Shown here piece after piece: positions 13,725 to 21,533 of a stretch of 32,000 bases of DNA (within the stretch, counting starts at the first letter, position 1; the number at the start of each line of letters is the position of its first letter). The stretch is taken from contig NZ_RSDW01000001.1 in NCBI RefSeq assembly GCF_003945235.1, positions 180,001-212,000 of the forward strand, read 5' to 3'. Both the position numbers and the translations under genes were made by a program. The notes below the pieces were generated by a model. It was not told the DNA's origin. It did no database searches and was given only the letters and a program-made list of their open reading frames with translations. Origin of the DNA: Edaphobacter aggregans. Lineage in GTDB: Bacteria > Acidobacteriota > Terriglobia > Terriglobales > Acidobacteriaceae.

Positions 13725-16466
13725 ATGAAGAACCCCATCTTGACTCGTTCTCATGGGAGACGGGTAGCTCGCTATTTGACTCAGATTGGTTACCGGATCA
13801 CCCTTGCAGCGACGGCTTTGCTCGCGCTGGGTTCCGCTCAGCGAACCGAGGCCCAGACCACGATTCAGGTCACAACCACGCAGCAAGGTGTCACCGACGC
13901 CAGTCATTGCTCTCTGCAAGAAGCGATCTATGCTGCGGAATTTGCGAGCCCCACAGCATTGAATCTGACGGATCCAGACCGTTTTTATACATCTGGATGC
14001 CTATTACAAGGCGCGAGCGCGCCATTCACGATCGTCCTGCAAAAGGCGGCGGTGTACTCCTTCAACGCTTCCTGGGATCGCGATGCGCATAACCCGTTCG
14101 GGTTCACGGCGACGCCGATTATCTTCACCAACATCACCATCCAGGGAAACGGAGCAACCCTGCAATGGACCGGAAGTGGAAACTCCCGATTGTTTGCCGT
14201 GGGAAGTGCATCTATCTTTGACACTTTGGATAACAAGCCGGTTTCCGGCACGGGAGCGTTGACGCTCGTAGGCGTTTACATCAAGGGTTTCAGAATAAAA
14301 GGTGGCGACGCAACGGAAGGAGGCGGCGGAGGTCTCGGCGCAGGGGGAGCGATCTATGTCGGTACGGTTGGTTCCGGCGTCCCAACTCTCACGGTCGAAA
14401 ACAGCACCTTCGATTCCAACTTCGCCATTGGCGGCCATGGCGGCGGTTTCGGTGGAGGTGGCGGCGGCGGTGGTCTGTCCGGCAATGGTGGTACGGGCGG
14501 CGGAGGCGGAGGCGGAGGCGGTGGCTCCAGAGGACATGGTGGAAATGCAGCTTTTGTTGATGCTAACGGGGGTGCTGGTGGTGGAGGCACCATCTTCGAT
14601 GGTGGAGACAGTACTAACACAGGGGGCCCTGGCGCATACCTCTGCGGCGGCTCAGGCGGCGGCGATAATAACAACGGCCATGCCGCCACTTGCCCCGGCG
14701 GTGGAGGCGGTGGAGGCGCACTGCACGGTGGTGGCATCATAGATTCCAAAGATGGAGGCGATGGAGCCGATGGCGCCTATGGTGGCGGTGGGGGTGGCGG
14801 CGGCGAAGGCTTCGACCTCCAGAGCGATCCTGGGAGCGGCAGTGGTGGTAATGGCGGTTTTGGCGGCGGCGGCGGCGGCTCAGGGACCAAGCGGTCTCTC
14901 ATCAGTGGCAGTCATGGAGGAAATGGTGGATTTGGAGGAGGCGCAGGCTTCGGCATCGGCACCGACATTGATGAGCACGGCGAACCCGGAAACGCGGGCC
15001 GTTTCGGTGGAGGTGGCAACGGCAGTTGCTGTGGCGGTGGAGGCGGAGCCCTCGGAGGCGCCATCTTCAATCAATCCGGTACTGTCGTGATCCGCAACAG
15101 CACCTTCACCGGTAACGATGTGGACAGGGGGGAGGGCGGCGTCAACTTCGATGATCCCACGGACAAAGCGAGCAATGGCGGGGATTCCGGCGCGGCGATC
15201 TTCTCTCTGAACGGTTCGCTTACTCTTGAGAACGCGACCATCAGCGACAACTTTGCCACCGGTGCCGGCGGTGGTGTCGTGGTCGTGGCAGACCCCTTGG
15301 GAACAGGTGTCCCGGCGAGGGCGTCGTTCATACTCTTTAACACGATCATTTCTCGAAACGGCTCCAATGAGTGCATACTCGAGGGCACTTCTGATCCGAC
15401 CAGCGGCAATGTGGGCACTGTCGATGCCAACGGCAGCGGCAATTTGATCCTGGCCAACAACGGATGCCCTGGCGTCGCAGTCAGTGCCGATCCCGAACTG
15501 GCGCTTCTGGCGGTTGACCCGCAGAGCACCATAGGGACGCCCACCATGGCGCTGCCGGCTGGCAGTCCTGCGATCGATGCCGGCGATGATGCCCATATCC
15601 TGGCAACAGATCAGCGGGGAATCACGCGCCCTCAAGGCCCGCACGGTGACATTGGAGCCTTCGAATTCAAATTGTTCTCCGCGGATTTGTCTCTGACCAG
15701 TCAAACGTCAGCAACACAGATTGTGGCTGGCGAACCCTTCACCTACACCGTCCAGTTGGCAAATTCCGGACCAGACGATGCACAAAATGTCGTCTTTACC
15801 GATCTCGCACCCGCTGGTGTAACCTTCGCTTCCTGCAGCTCCACGGTCGGAACCTGTACAGCGTCCGCCGCGGGAGCGAGCCTTAATCTCGCAACTCTTC
15901 CTGATGGTCAAACTGTCACAATCACCATTCAGGCCACGTTGAGTACTACCGTTGCCGACGGCACAACTCTGGTAAACGCCCCATCGGTAACTTCCAGCAC
16001 CGCCGACCCGAACACCGGCAATAACACCGGATCGGCCGGATCGGCAACCATCACGGTGCAGAACAAGTCCGACCTGCTCGTGACCACGACGTCCAGCCTT
16101 AACGTTGTCAACTTTGGAGGGACTCTGACCTACACCGTGACTGTAACGAACCAGGGTCCATTCCAGGCCTCGGCTGTCACCTTGGTCGATCCAGTGCCCG
16201 CAGAGTCGATATTTCTGTCGATGAACTCAGGCGGAGCCTTCTGTACAGCTCCACCACCAGCAATGGGCGGAACCGTTACCTGCAACTTTGGAAACATGGT
16301 TAGTGGAGCCTCGGCGACAGTGAGCTTCACGGTGCGGGTTTCGAAACCGCCGGTTCCCGCGTCGACTACGAACACCGTGGTTGTCAGTTCGCCTAACTTC
16401 GATCCTAACCCGGCCAACAACTCGGCAACTGTAAAAACATTGGTCTTCGGCAACAAACGCCTATAG
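13725..16466 (+). CDS. secreted right-handed beta-helix protein (POMP-type GGAI/FxxN repeats, choice-of-anchor-Q-like end) with a hyper-glycine insert and two C-terminal DUF11 repeat domains
   Basis: ATG at 13725 preceded by GGAGAG. Signal-like N-terminus ...ITLAATALLALGSAQRTEAQT. Repeats GAGGAIYVG..TVENSTFDSNFA, LGGAIFNQSGTVVIRNSTFTGN and GAAIFSLNGSLTLENATISDNFA, then DQRGITRPQGPHGDIGAFEF. Two blocks look like DUF11: ...GEPFTYTVQLANSGPDDAQNVVFTDLAPAGVTF and ...GGTLTYTVTVTNQGPFQASAVTLVDPVP. Confidence 0.8.
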   Translation: MKNPILTRSHGRRVARYLTQIGYRITLAATALLALGSAQRTEAQTTIQVTTTQQGVTDASHCSLQEAIYAAEFASPTALNLTDPDRFYTSGCLLQGASAPFTIVLQKAAVYSFNASWDRDAHNPFGFTATPIIFTNITIQGNGATLQWTGSGNSRLFAVGSASIFDTLDNKPVSGTGALTLVGVYIKGFRIKGGDATEGGGGGLGAGGAIYVGTVGSGVPTLTVENSTFDSNFAIGGHGGGFGGGGGGGGLSGNGGTGGGGGGGGGGSRGHGGNAAFVDANGGAGGGGTIFDGGDSTNTGGPGAYLCGGSGGGDNNNGHAATCPGGGGGGGALHGGGIIDSKDGGDGADGAYGGGGGGGGEGFDLQSDPGSGSGGNGGFGGGGGGSGTKRSLISGSHGGNGGFGGGAGFGIGTDIDEHGEPGNAGRFGGGGNGSCCGGGGGALGGAIFNQSGTVVIRNSTFTGNDVDRGEGGVNFDDPTDKASNGGDSGAAIFSLNGSLTLENATISDNFATGAGGGVVVVADPLGTGVPARASFILFNTIISRNGSNECILEGTSDPTSGNVGTVDANGSGNLILANNGCPGVAVSADPELALLAVDPQSTIGTPTMALPAGSPAIDAGDDAHILATDQRGITRPQGPHGDIGAFEFKLFSADLSLTSQTSATQIVAGEPFTYTVQLANSGPDDAQNVVFTDLAPAGVTFASCSSTVGTCTASAAGASLNLATLPDGQTVTITIQATLSTTVADGTTLVNAPSVTSSTADPNTGNNTGSAGSATITVQNKSDLLVTTTSSLNVVNFGGTLTYTVTVTNQGPFQASAVTLVDPVPAESIFLSMNSGGAFCTAPPPAMGGTVTCNFGNMVSGASATVSFTVRVSKPPVPASTTNTVVVSSPNFDPNPANNSATVKTLVFGNKRL

Positions 16467-16486
16467 AGAATCACCGTCGGCGCGGA

Positions 16487-16514
16487 CTCCCACCCCCGGA
16501 AAAGGGGGTGGGGG
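16487..16514 (+). terminator. GC-rich hairpin directly after the exoprotein stop (no U-tract)
   Basis: CTCCCACCCCC (16487-16497), loop GGAAAA, GGGGGTGGGGG (16504-16514): an 11-bp stem including one G:T pair. It lies 21 nt after the stop and is followed by CCAGTG rather than a T-run. Confidence 0.45.
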
Positions 16515-17133
16515 CCAGTGCGTGTGGCTGGTGTTGTCGCACTAGCGCGACGGAAGGGTGTTCTGAGGTGATGACAAAATGCTTCGATGTTGCCCCTCCA
16601 TCAATAAAATGGGTTGAGTCAATCTGTGACCGTTCAGCACAGAGGGTCTTCACCGCTGCGTCTGCCATCCTAATTGCCGAGCGTGGGCAATATTCACGCG
16701 AAGTGAATGTTTCATCTACGGAAGGTTAGCGGGAGTCACCTCTACTGTTTGGTGTCACCGATGGTTCGATGAGGTCCCGCGCTGTCTTTTCATGGGAACA
16801 GTCTCTTCCTTCGAGGACATGCTCATCCCATTTATCGGAAACTACGACCTACTACAGAGCGAACTTGCCGAAAACCGGGGCAAGCCCACAACAATCTGGC
16901 CAGGCGGTACAACGCAAAATTGCTGGAAATAGCGGCCATGCGCGTAGCGAGCACGAATAAGGAAGAAACGACAGTGGCCAAGGAGAGTGTCGAAGAAGCG
17001 GAGAAGCTCCGCACCAAGAGATCGAAGCTCGCGCGGGAGACGACACCAGTGGAGACGAACATCGTGGGACAAGATTCGAGTGGCACAGATAACGTGCTGG
17101 AGAAGAATCTCGAGGAGGATTTTGAGGGCGAAG

Positions 17134-17725
17134 ATGTCGAGGAGTTCAAGGAACGGGTACGGTCTTTGTGCGGAGCAGAAGGCGGACCTTTGGCACCGTT
17201 GGAAGTCTGGAGAGTCGTTGCATGAGATTGGTCGTGTCTTCGACAAGGACCATGGCTCGATTCATTTCCTGTTATCTCGACACGGTGGGATAGCTCCAGC
17301 CATTCGTCGCCGTTCGCAGCGAACGCTCACGTTGGCCGAGCGGGAAGCCATCTCACGAGGCATAGCTTCCGGTTCATCGATCCAGGAGATAGCGAGAGGG
17401 TTGCGACGGGCAGCGTCGACGGTGAGCCGGGAGGTGGCGCGTCACGGTGGGCGCCCGGTGTATCGAGCCAGTGAGGCCGATCATCAGGCCTGGAAGTCAG
17501 CTCTGCGACCTAAGACGTGCCTCTCGCTACCCATGTAAAGCTGCGGACGATCGTGGCCCGTAAACTGATCCTGGACTGGTCGCCGGAGCAGATTTCCGGT
17601 TGGTTGGAGAGACGATATCCCCGCAACGAGAGCATGCGCGTGTCCCACGAGACGATCTACCGCAGCTTATTCATCCAGGCTCGAGGAGTGCTGAAAAAGG
17701 AGCTGATGCAGCACCTGCGACTCGC
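17134..17725 (+). pseudogene. IS30-family transposase remnant (N-terminal HTH region only, frameshifted, no DDE domain)
   Basis: LCAEQKADLWHRWKSGESLHEIGRVF...LTLAEREAISRGIASGSSIQEIARGLRRAASTVSREVARHGG..YRASEADHQAWKSALRPKTC, then a frame change near 17520-17535 to LATHVKLRTIVARKLILDWSPEQISGWLERRYPRNESMRVSHETIYRSLFIQARGVLKKELMQHLR. Similarity ends near 17720. Confidence 0.75.
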
Positions 17726-17730
17726 TGCCG

Positions 17731-18237
17731 CAAGAACTGAAGGCGCTCTTCGTTTGTGGGTATGAGACTGGCATACGGTTCGGCGAGCTAATCGATATCA
17801 GGTGGAGCCAGGTGGATTTCGAAAGCGGACTTATTGTTTTGGATTCCGACGAAACTAAGAACCGAGAAGGCTGCCAAGTCCCCATCCTTGAAGGCGATAT
17901 GGAAGATCTTCTTCTTGAAGCCAAGAAGGCGCGCGACGACGGCTGGCCAGATTCTGAATGGGTCTTTAATCGTCAAGGAACGCAGGTCAAGGATATTCGA
18001 GGTTCCTGGAGGATTGCCTGCATCGCCGCCGGCGTTCCCGAGCTCAATTTTCACGATCTGCGCAGAACGGCGGTCCGAAATATGCGGCGGGCCGGGGTAC
18101 CTCAGGTAATAAGAATGAAGATCAGTGGACACAAGACGGATTCGATGGAAAGGCGCTACAATATAGTGGACGCAGACGACATCAACATCGCTAAAGAATT
18201 CATGGAACGGCGAAGGAAGTCTGCAAAAAAACTGTAA
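17731..18237 (+). pseudogene. tyrosine recombinase (phage-type integrase), C-terminal catalytic-domain fragment
   Basis: The frame opens after the TGA at 17704-17706. It reads ELKALFVCGYETGIRFGELIDIRWSQVDFESGLIVLDSDETKN...FHDLRRTAVRNMRRAGVPQVIRMKISGHKTDSMERRYNIVD. That gives the catalytic R (TGxR), HxLRR and GH...Y. The N-terminal SAM-like/arm-binding domains are missing. Confidence 0.8.
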
Positions 18238-18345
18238 CCATTTCTGTAACCACGGTGGGATAATCGGCGATACTAGGCGATACACCCACTACAACTAAAT
18301 CAACGACTTAGGTCGTTACGAATGCGTAGGAAACACCTTGTTTTT

Positions 18346-18399
18346 GCTTGAGGTGCTAGCGCCGCAAGGCATAGGGTTCAAGTCCCCTCCTCCGCACCA
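18346..18399 (+). tRNA. 3-prime half of tRNA-Leu(GAG) (anticodon loop to CCA); not an intact gene, probably an att-site remnant
   Basis: gc TTGAGGT GCTAG c GCC gcaa GGC at AGGG TTCAAGT CCCCT CCTCCGC A CCA. This covers the anticodon loop with GAG, a type-II variable arm, the T-loop, the acceptor 3-prime strand and an encoded CCA. The T-stem 5-prime strand is one G short (AGGG vs CCCCT). No D-arm and no proper GCGGAGG 5-prime acceptor strand occur upstream; only GCGTAGG at 18324-18330. Confidence 0.6.
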
Positions 18400-18457
18400 A
18401 TCCAAACATTCTTCGGGGAGACATCCTCTCCGCGTTCGAGGTCGCAAGCTACTCCCG

Positions 18458-18748
18458 ATGGTCATTCTTCTCGTTATTCTGCACGTCATCGTTTCGCTCT
18501 TCCTCGTCGGCGTAGTCCTGCTCCAGCAGGGCAAGTCCGCCGACCTCGCCGCAGCCTTCGGCGGCCAGGGATCACAGACCGCCTTCGGACCCCGCGGAGC
18601 AGCCAACCTCCTCACCAAGCTCACCACCTGGTCGGCCATCCTCTTCATGGTCACCTCCATTGGCCTCACTATCCTGCTCTCCCGCGCCAGCGGCGACCAC
18701 TCCGTCCTCGCCGGCCACCCCACAAGCCAGAGCAGCCCAAAGAAGTAA
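18458..18748 (+). CDS. secG: preprotein translocase subunit SecG
   Basis: Internal ATG at 18458. [73 protein letters not shown] shows two TM helices and the LLQxGK...AFGG SecG signature. Confidence 0.88.
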   Translation: MVILLVILHVIVSLFLVGVVLLQQGKSADLAAAFGGQGSQTAFGPRGAANLLTKLTTWSAILFMVTSIGLTILLSRASGDHSVLAGHPTSQSSPKK

Positions 18749-18767
18749 CTTCAAATTCCATCTCACC

Positions 18768-18800
18768 AAAATGCGCAGGCCAATGGCTTGCGCATTTTTA
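18768..18800 (+). terminator. rho-independent terminator of secG
   Basis: ATGCGCAGG (18771-18779) pairs with CTTGCGCAT (18887 is not involved; partner is 18787-18795), followed by the T5 run at 18795-18799. It starts 20 nt after the secG stop. Confidence 0.75.
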
Positions 18801-18960
18801 CGCCCAAATCATCGCGCTAAATCGGTGTTTAAGTCTTCCCTTTTAACCGCAAGTTCCACGCCAATCAAGCTTATCCACGAAACGTCGTGAATATCCGTGG
18901 TTGCTTTAAAATCGGTATCATCGGTGAAAATCGGTGTTAAGCCTTTAGTCTTTAAGCCAA

Positions 18961-19602
18961 ATGATCCACGAAATCCTCCCCGTCGGCCTCCTCCAGTGCA
19001 ACTGCTCCATCCTCGGCGACGAGACCTGCCGCGAAGCCATCGTCATCGACCCCGGCGACGACATCCCCCGCATCCAGGCCATCCTTGAACGCCACCACCT
19101 CACCGTCAAGCAGATCATCATCACCCACGCCCACATCGACCACATCGCCGGAGCCCACCGTCTCAAGCAACTCACCGGAGCACCCATCCTCTACAACCAG
19201 CTCGACCTCCCGCTCGTCCAGATGATGGATATCCAGGCCGGCTGGCTAGGCGTCCCCACCCCGAAGGTCGCCGCCCCCGACGACAATCTCACCGACGGCC
19301 GCACCATCGCCATCACCGGACTCACCGGAACCGTCCTCCACACCCCCGGCCACACCCAAGGCAGCAGTTGCCTCTACCTCCCCGACCACACCCTCCTCAT
19401 CGCCGGAGACACCCTCTTCGCCGGCTCCATAGGCCGAACCGACCTTCCCGGAGGCAACACCCGCCAGCTTCTAACCACAATTCACCACCGTCTACTCACC
19501 CTTCCCGACGAGGTCACCGTCATCCCAGGTCACGGCCCCAAAACCACGATTGGAGCCGAAAGAGAATCAAACCCATTTATTAATTCAAGTAATTTCAATT
19601 AG
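18961..19602 (+). CDS. MBL-fold metallo-hydrolase (glyoxalase II-like)
   Basis: 213-aa ORF. ITHAHIDHIAG (HxHxDH), HTPGHTQGS, GDTLFAGSIGRTDLPGG and VIPGHGPKTTIGAERESNPF. Confidence 0.88.
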   Translation: MIHEILPVGLLQCNCSILGDETCREAIVIDPGDDIPRIQAILERHHLTVKQIIITHAHIDHIAGAHRLKQLTGAPILYNQLDLPLVQMMDIQAGWLGVPTPKVAAPDDNLTDGRTIAITGLTGTVLHTPGHTQGSSCLYLPDHTLLIAGDTLFAGSIGRTDLPGGNTRQLLTTIHHRLLTLPDEVTVIPGHGPKTTIGAERESNPFINSSNFN

Positions 19603-19687
19603 ATAGACTACGCAAATGAATGCAATACATTACATGCATCGCATGAAGCATTAACCATCTTGGTTCGCACGACTCAGGCAAAATCAC

Positions 19688-20848
19688 TCATCTAAGCATC
19701 AGGTCAACGATACGATTCAATCCCAATGAAAAATCGCTACTTAGGACGATTAGACTGACAACTACCCTTCCACCCTCTCCGATATCGTAAAACGACCCAG
19801 GATGAACCACCGTATCGGCCTCCCGTAAAAGTCTCTCTGACACATCCTCCATTCCAACCTGAGGCAGCCGCAACACGCCGCTCCATCCCGCCTCTGTCCG
19901 AAGCACCTCCAGTCCACTCCCTTCCGCAAACGCAAGATTCCCCCGCGCCCGCTCCAGTATCTGCCCCTGAATCCCCCGTCTCCCCGCCAGCCACTTTGGC
20001 AGAGCCAGTTGCACTGGGGCATTCATCGACAAAAAAGTATCTGCAATCACCTCAAGCCGACCAGCCGCCTCGACCCTTCCCTTCTCCGGTCCCAACCCCA
20101 CAATCCACCCAACCTTCATCTGCGGAAGCCCGGCGATCTTGCTCATCCCGCTCAGCACGAAAGTCAGCACCGGATGCGGTCCAACCGCAAAACTCGTCAG
20201 ACGCTCCCCATCCCGCAGCGGATAATCCAGAAACACCTCATCCACAATCAACGCCAGCCCATGCCGCGCGCAGATCTCCTCCAGTCGGGCCCTCTCCGAT
20301 ACCCCCGTCGCATGACCCGTAGGATTATTCGGATGCACCACTACAATCGCCCGCGTTCGCGGCCCGATCCTCCGCTCCAGCTCCGCAAAATCGATCCACC
20401 AGCCATAGTCATAGAACAGCGGATAAGGCCTCAGCCGCACATCTTCCAAATCCGCCAGAAAATCAAACAGCGGATAACTAGGCTGCGCCACCAGTACCTC
20501 ATCCCCCGCATCACAGAGCAGTCGGAACAGATACCCATAGCCTTCGCTCGTACTGGTTGTCATCCCAACGGCATCGGGATCAACTTCAGCTCCATGGTCC
20601 CGGTAATACCCCGCCACTGCCTCTCGAGCCGACTGCATTCCCCGCGGATCAGGATCGTACGTCAAAGCGCGCCTATCTCCGAGTGCTCCAAGAATCCCCT
20701 CTGCGTCATAACAAAACCCACACACTGTAGGATTCGAAACCGTAAGGTCATACAACCTCCGCCCCGCAGCGCGCGCCTCGCGAATTGCCTTCGCAAACCC
20801 GCTCTCCCCCACATCCCAACCCGTCCGCGCCGAAAACCGATAGCTCAC
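19688..20848 (-). CDS. pyridoxal-phosphate-dependent aminotransferase, class I/II
   Basis: 386-aa ORF with a GTG start at 20848. VVVHPNNPTGH, LIVDEVFLDY and SGMSKIAGLPQMKVGW (PLP-lysine motif). Confidence 0.9.
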   Translation of the reverse strand: MSYRFSARTGWDVGESGFAKAIREARAAGRRLYDLTVSNPTVCGFCYDAEGILGALGDRRALTYDPDPRGMQSAREAVAGYYRDHGAEVDPDAVGMTTSTSEGYGYLFRLLCDAGDEVLVAQPSYPLFDFLADLEDVRLRPYPLFYDYGWWIDFAELERRIGPRTRAIVVVHPNNPTGHATGVSERARLEEICARHGLALIVDEVFLDYPLRDGERLTSFAVGPHPVLTFVLSGMSKIAGLPQMKVGWIVGLGPEKGRVEAAGRLEVIADTFLSMNAPVQLALPKWLAGRRGIQGQILERARGNLAFAEGSGLEVLRTEAGWSGVLRLPQVGMEDVSERLLREADTVVHPGSFYDIGEGGRVVVSLIVLSSDFSLGLNRIVDLMLR

Positions 20849-20972
20849 ACCTCTATGCTAATCGCCACCGCCGATCGGCAATAAAAGAAGCGGCTGGCGA
20901 AAAACTCTTTTGAAAAGAGAGGGACGATGGTACGTTGGTCGCCTCAATAGAAAAGAGAGACGAGCAACACAC

Positions 20973-21440
20973 ATGCGAATGATCTTGGTCCTTCTTTGTG
21001 TTCTTGAACTTCCCTGCGCTTCCCAGGCCCAAGCCAATCAGTCCTCCTGGGCGCTTTTAGGTAGGTTGCAAGCGGTAAAAAATATTCAAGTCGTCGACAA
21101 CACATCCAAGAGACACTCCGGAACCTTCATAAGCGTCTCCGATACCGCAATCTCGTTCAGGGCGGCCGCTGGCGAACAGTCAATTCAGAAACAGGACGTT
21201 CGCAGCGTTCGACTCATGAAAAACACACACCGTTTACGCAACACTCTTATCGTGGTTGGAGTGGGTGCCGGTGTCGGTGCCGGCATAGGCGCAGCGACAC
21301 ACAAATCATGCTCTCAGGGACAATTTTGCTTAGATATTGGCGGTAGAGGCCTGCCAGCCGCAATCGGCGCTGTAATCGGTGGCCTGGGGGCGCAGCCGTC
21401 GGGGCACTCTTGCCTTCTCACAGCACCATATACAGTGTGA
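20973..21440 (+). CDS. secreted glycine-zipper-containing hypothetical protein
   Basis: ATG at 20973. Signal-like MRMILVLLCVLELPCASQAQA and a Gly-zipper IVVGVGAGVGAGIGAA. The 3-prime end is uncertain: an alternative frame after the G5 run near 21383-21387 reads AAVGALLPSHSTIYSVSSH and stops 9 nt later. Confidence 0.55.
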   Translation: MRMILVLLCVLELPCASQAQANQSSWALLGRLQAVKNIQVVDNTSKRHSGTFISVSDTAISFRAAAGEQSIQKQDVRSVRLMKNTHRLRNTLIVVGVGAGVGAGIGAATHKSCSQGQFCLDIGGRGLPAAIGAVIGGLGAQPSGHSCLLTAPYTV

Positions 21441-21533
21441 GTTCGCACTAACGCAGAATCAGCATCCCTGACGTACGAAAACAATTCACAACTCGCCCCT
21501 TCAAGCTACCGTCGTAATTCCATATGTAATAAT

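Noticed and set aside
14430-15060. Possible CRISPR-like or tandem-repeat array suggested by the repetitive GGCGGN DNA
   Set aside because: There is no regular repeat-spacer periodicity. The repetition is codon-level (glycine) inside an uninterrupted ORF.
14004-15704. Antisense ORFs in the glycine-rich region, including a poly-proline ORF (14354..14749) and 14880..15704
   Set aside because: They are the reverse complement of GGN glycine codons (CCN = Pro). The + strand product has a signal peptide, beta-helix repeats and DUF11 domains, so the sense strand is clear.
18313-18399. A complete tRNA-Leu gene upstream of secG
   Set aside because: Only the region from the anticodon loop onwards is tRNA-like. 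No D-arm exists, the 5-prime acceptor strand is absent or mismatched, and the T-stem is one base short. I report it as a fragment instead.
18300-18450. Interpreting the skew change near 18.4 kb as a replication origin or terminus (dif region)
   Set aside because: An ori/ter switch should give a mirror-image skew on the other side. The left 18 kb is roughly balanced instead (spot counts), and the 21.5-23.3 kb block inside the skewed region is also balanced. Foreign-DNA patches fit this better. It cannot be fully excluded without the whole replicon.
19603-19687. AT-rich convergent intergenic region with nested AATGC/GCATT and ATGC/GCAT palindromes as a bidirectional terminator
   Set aside because: The stems are short (4-5 bp), AT-rich and lack flanking T-runs. 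This is plausible but too weak to call as a feature.
19996-20884. 291-aa and 108-aa + strand ORFs opposite the aminotransferase
   Set aside because: Their composition is Pro/Arg/His/Gln-rich and low-complexity. The minus strand encodes a complete class I/II aminotransferase with the PLP-lysine motif.
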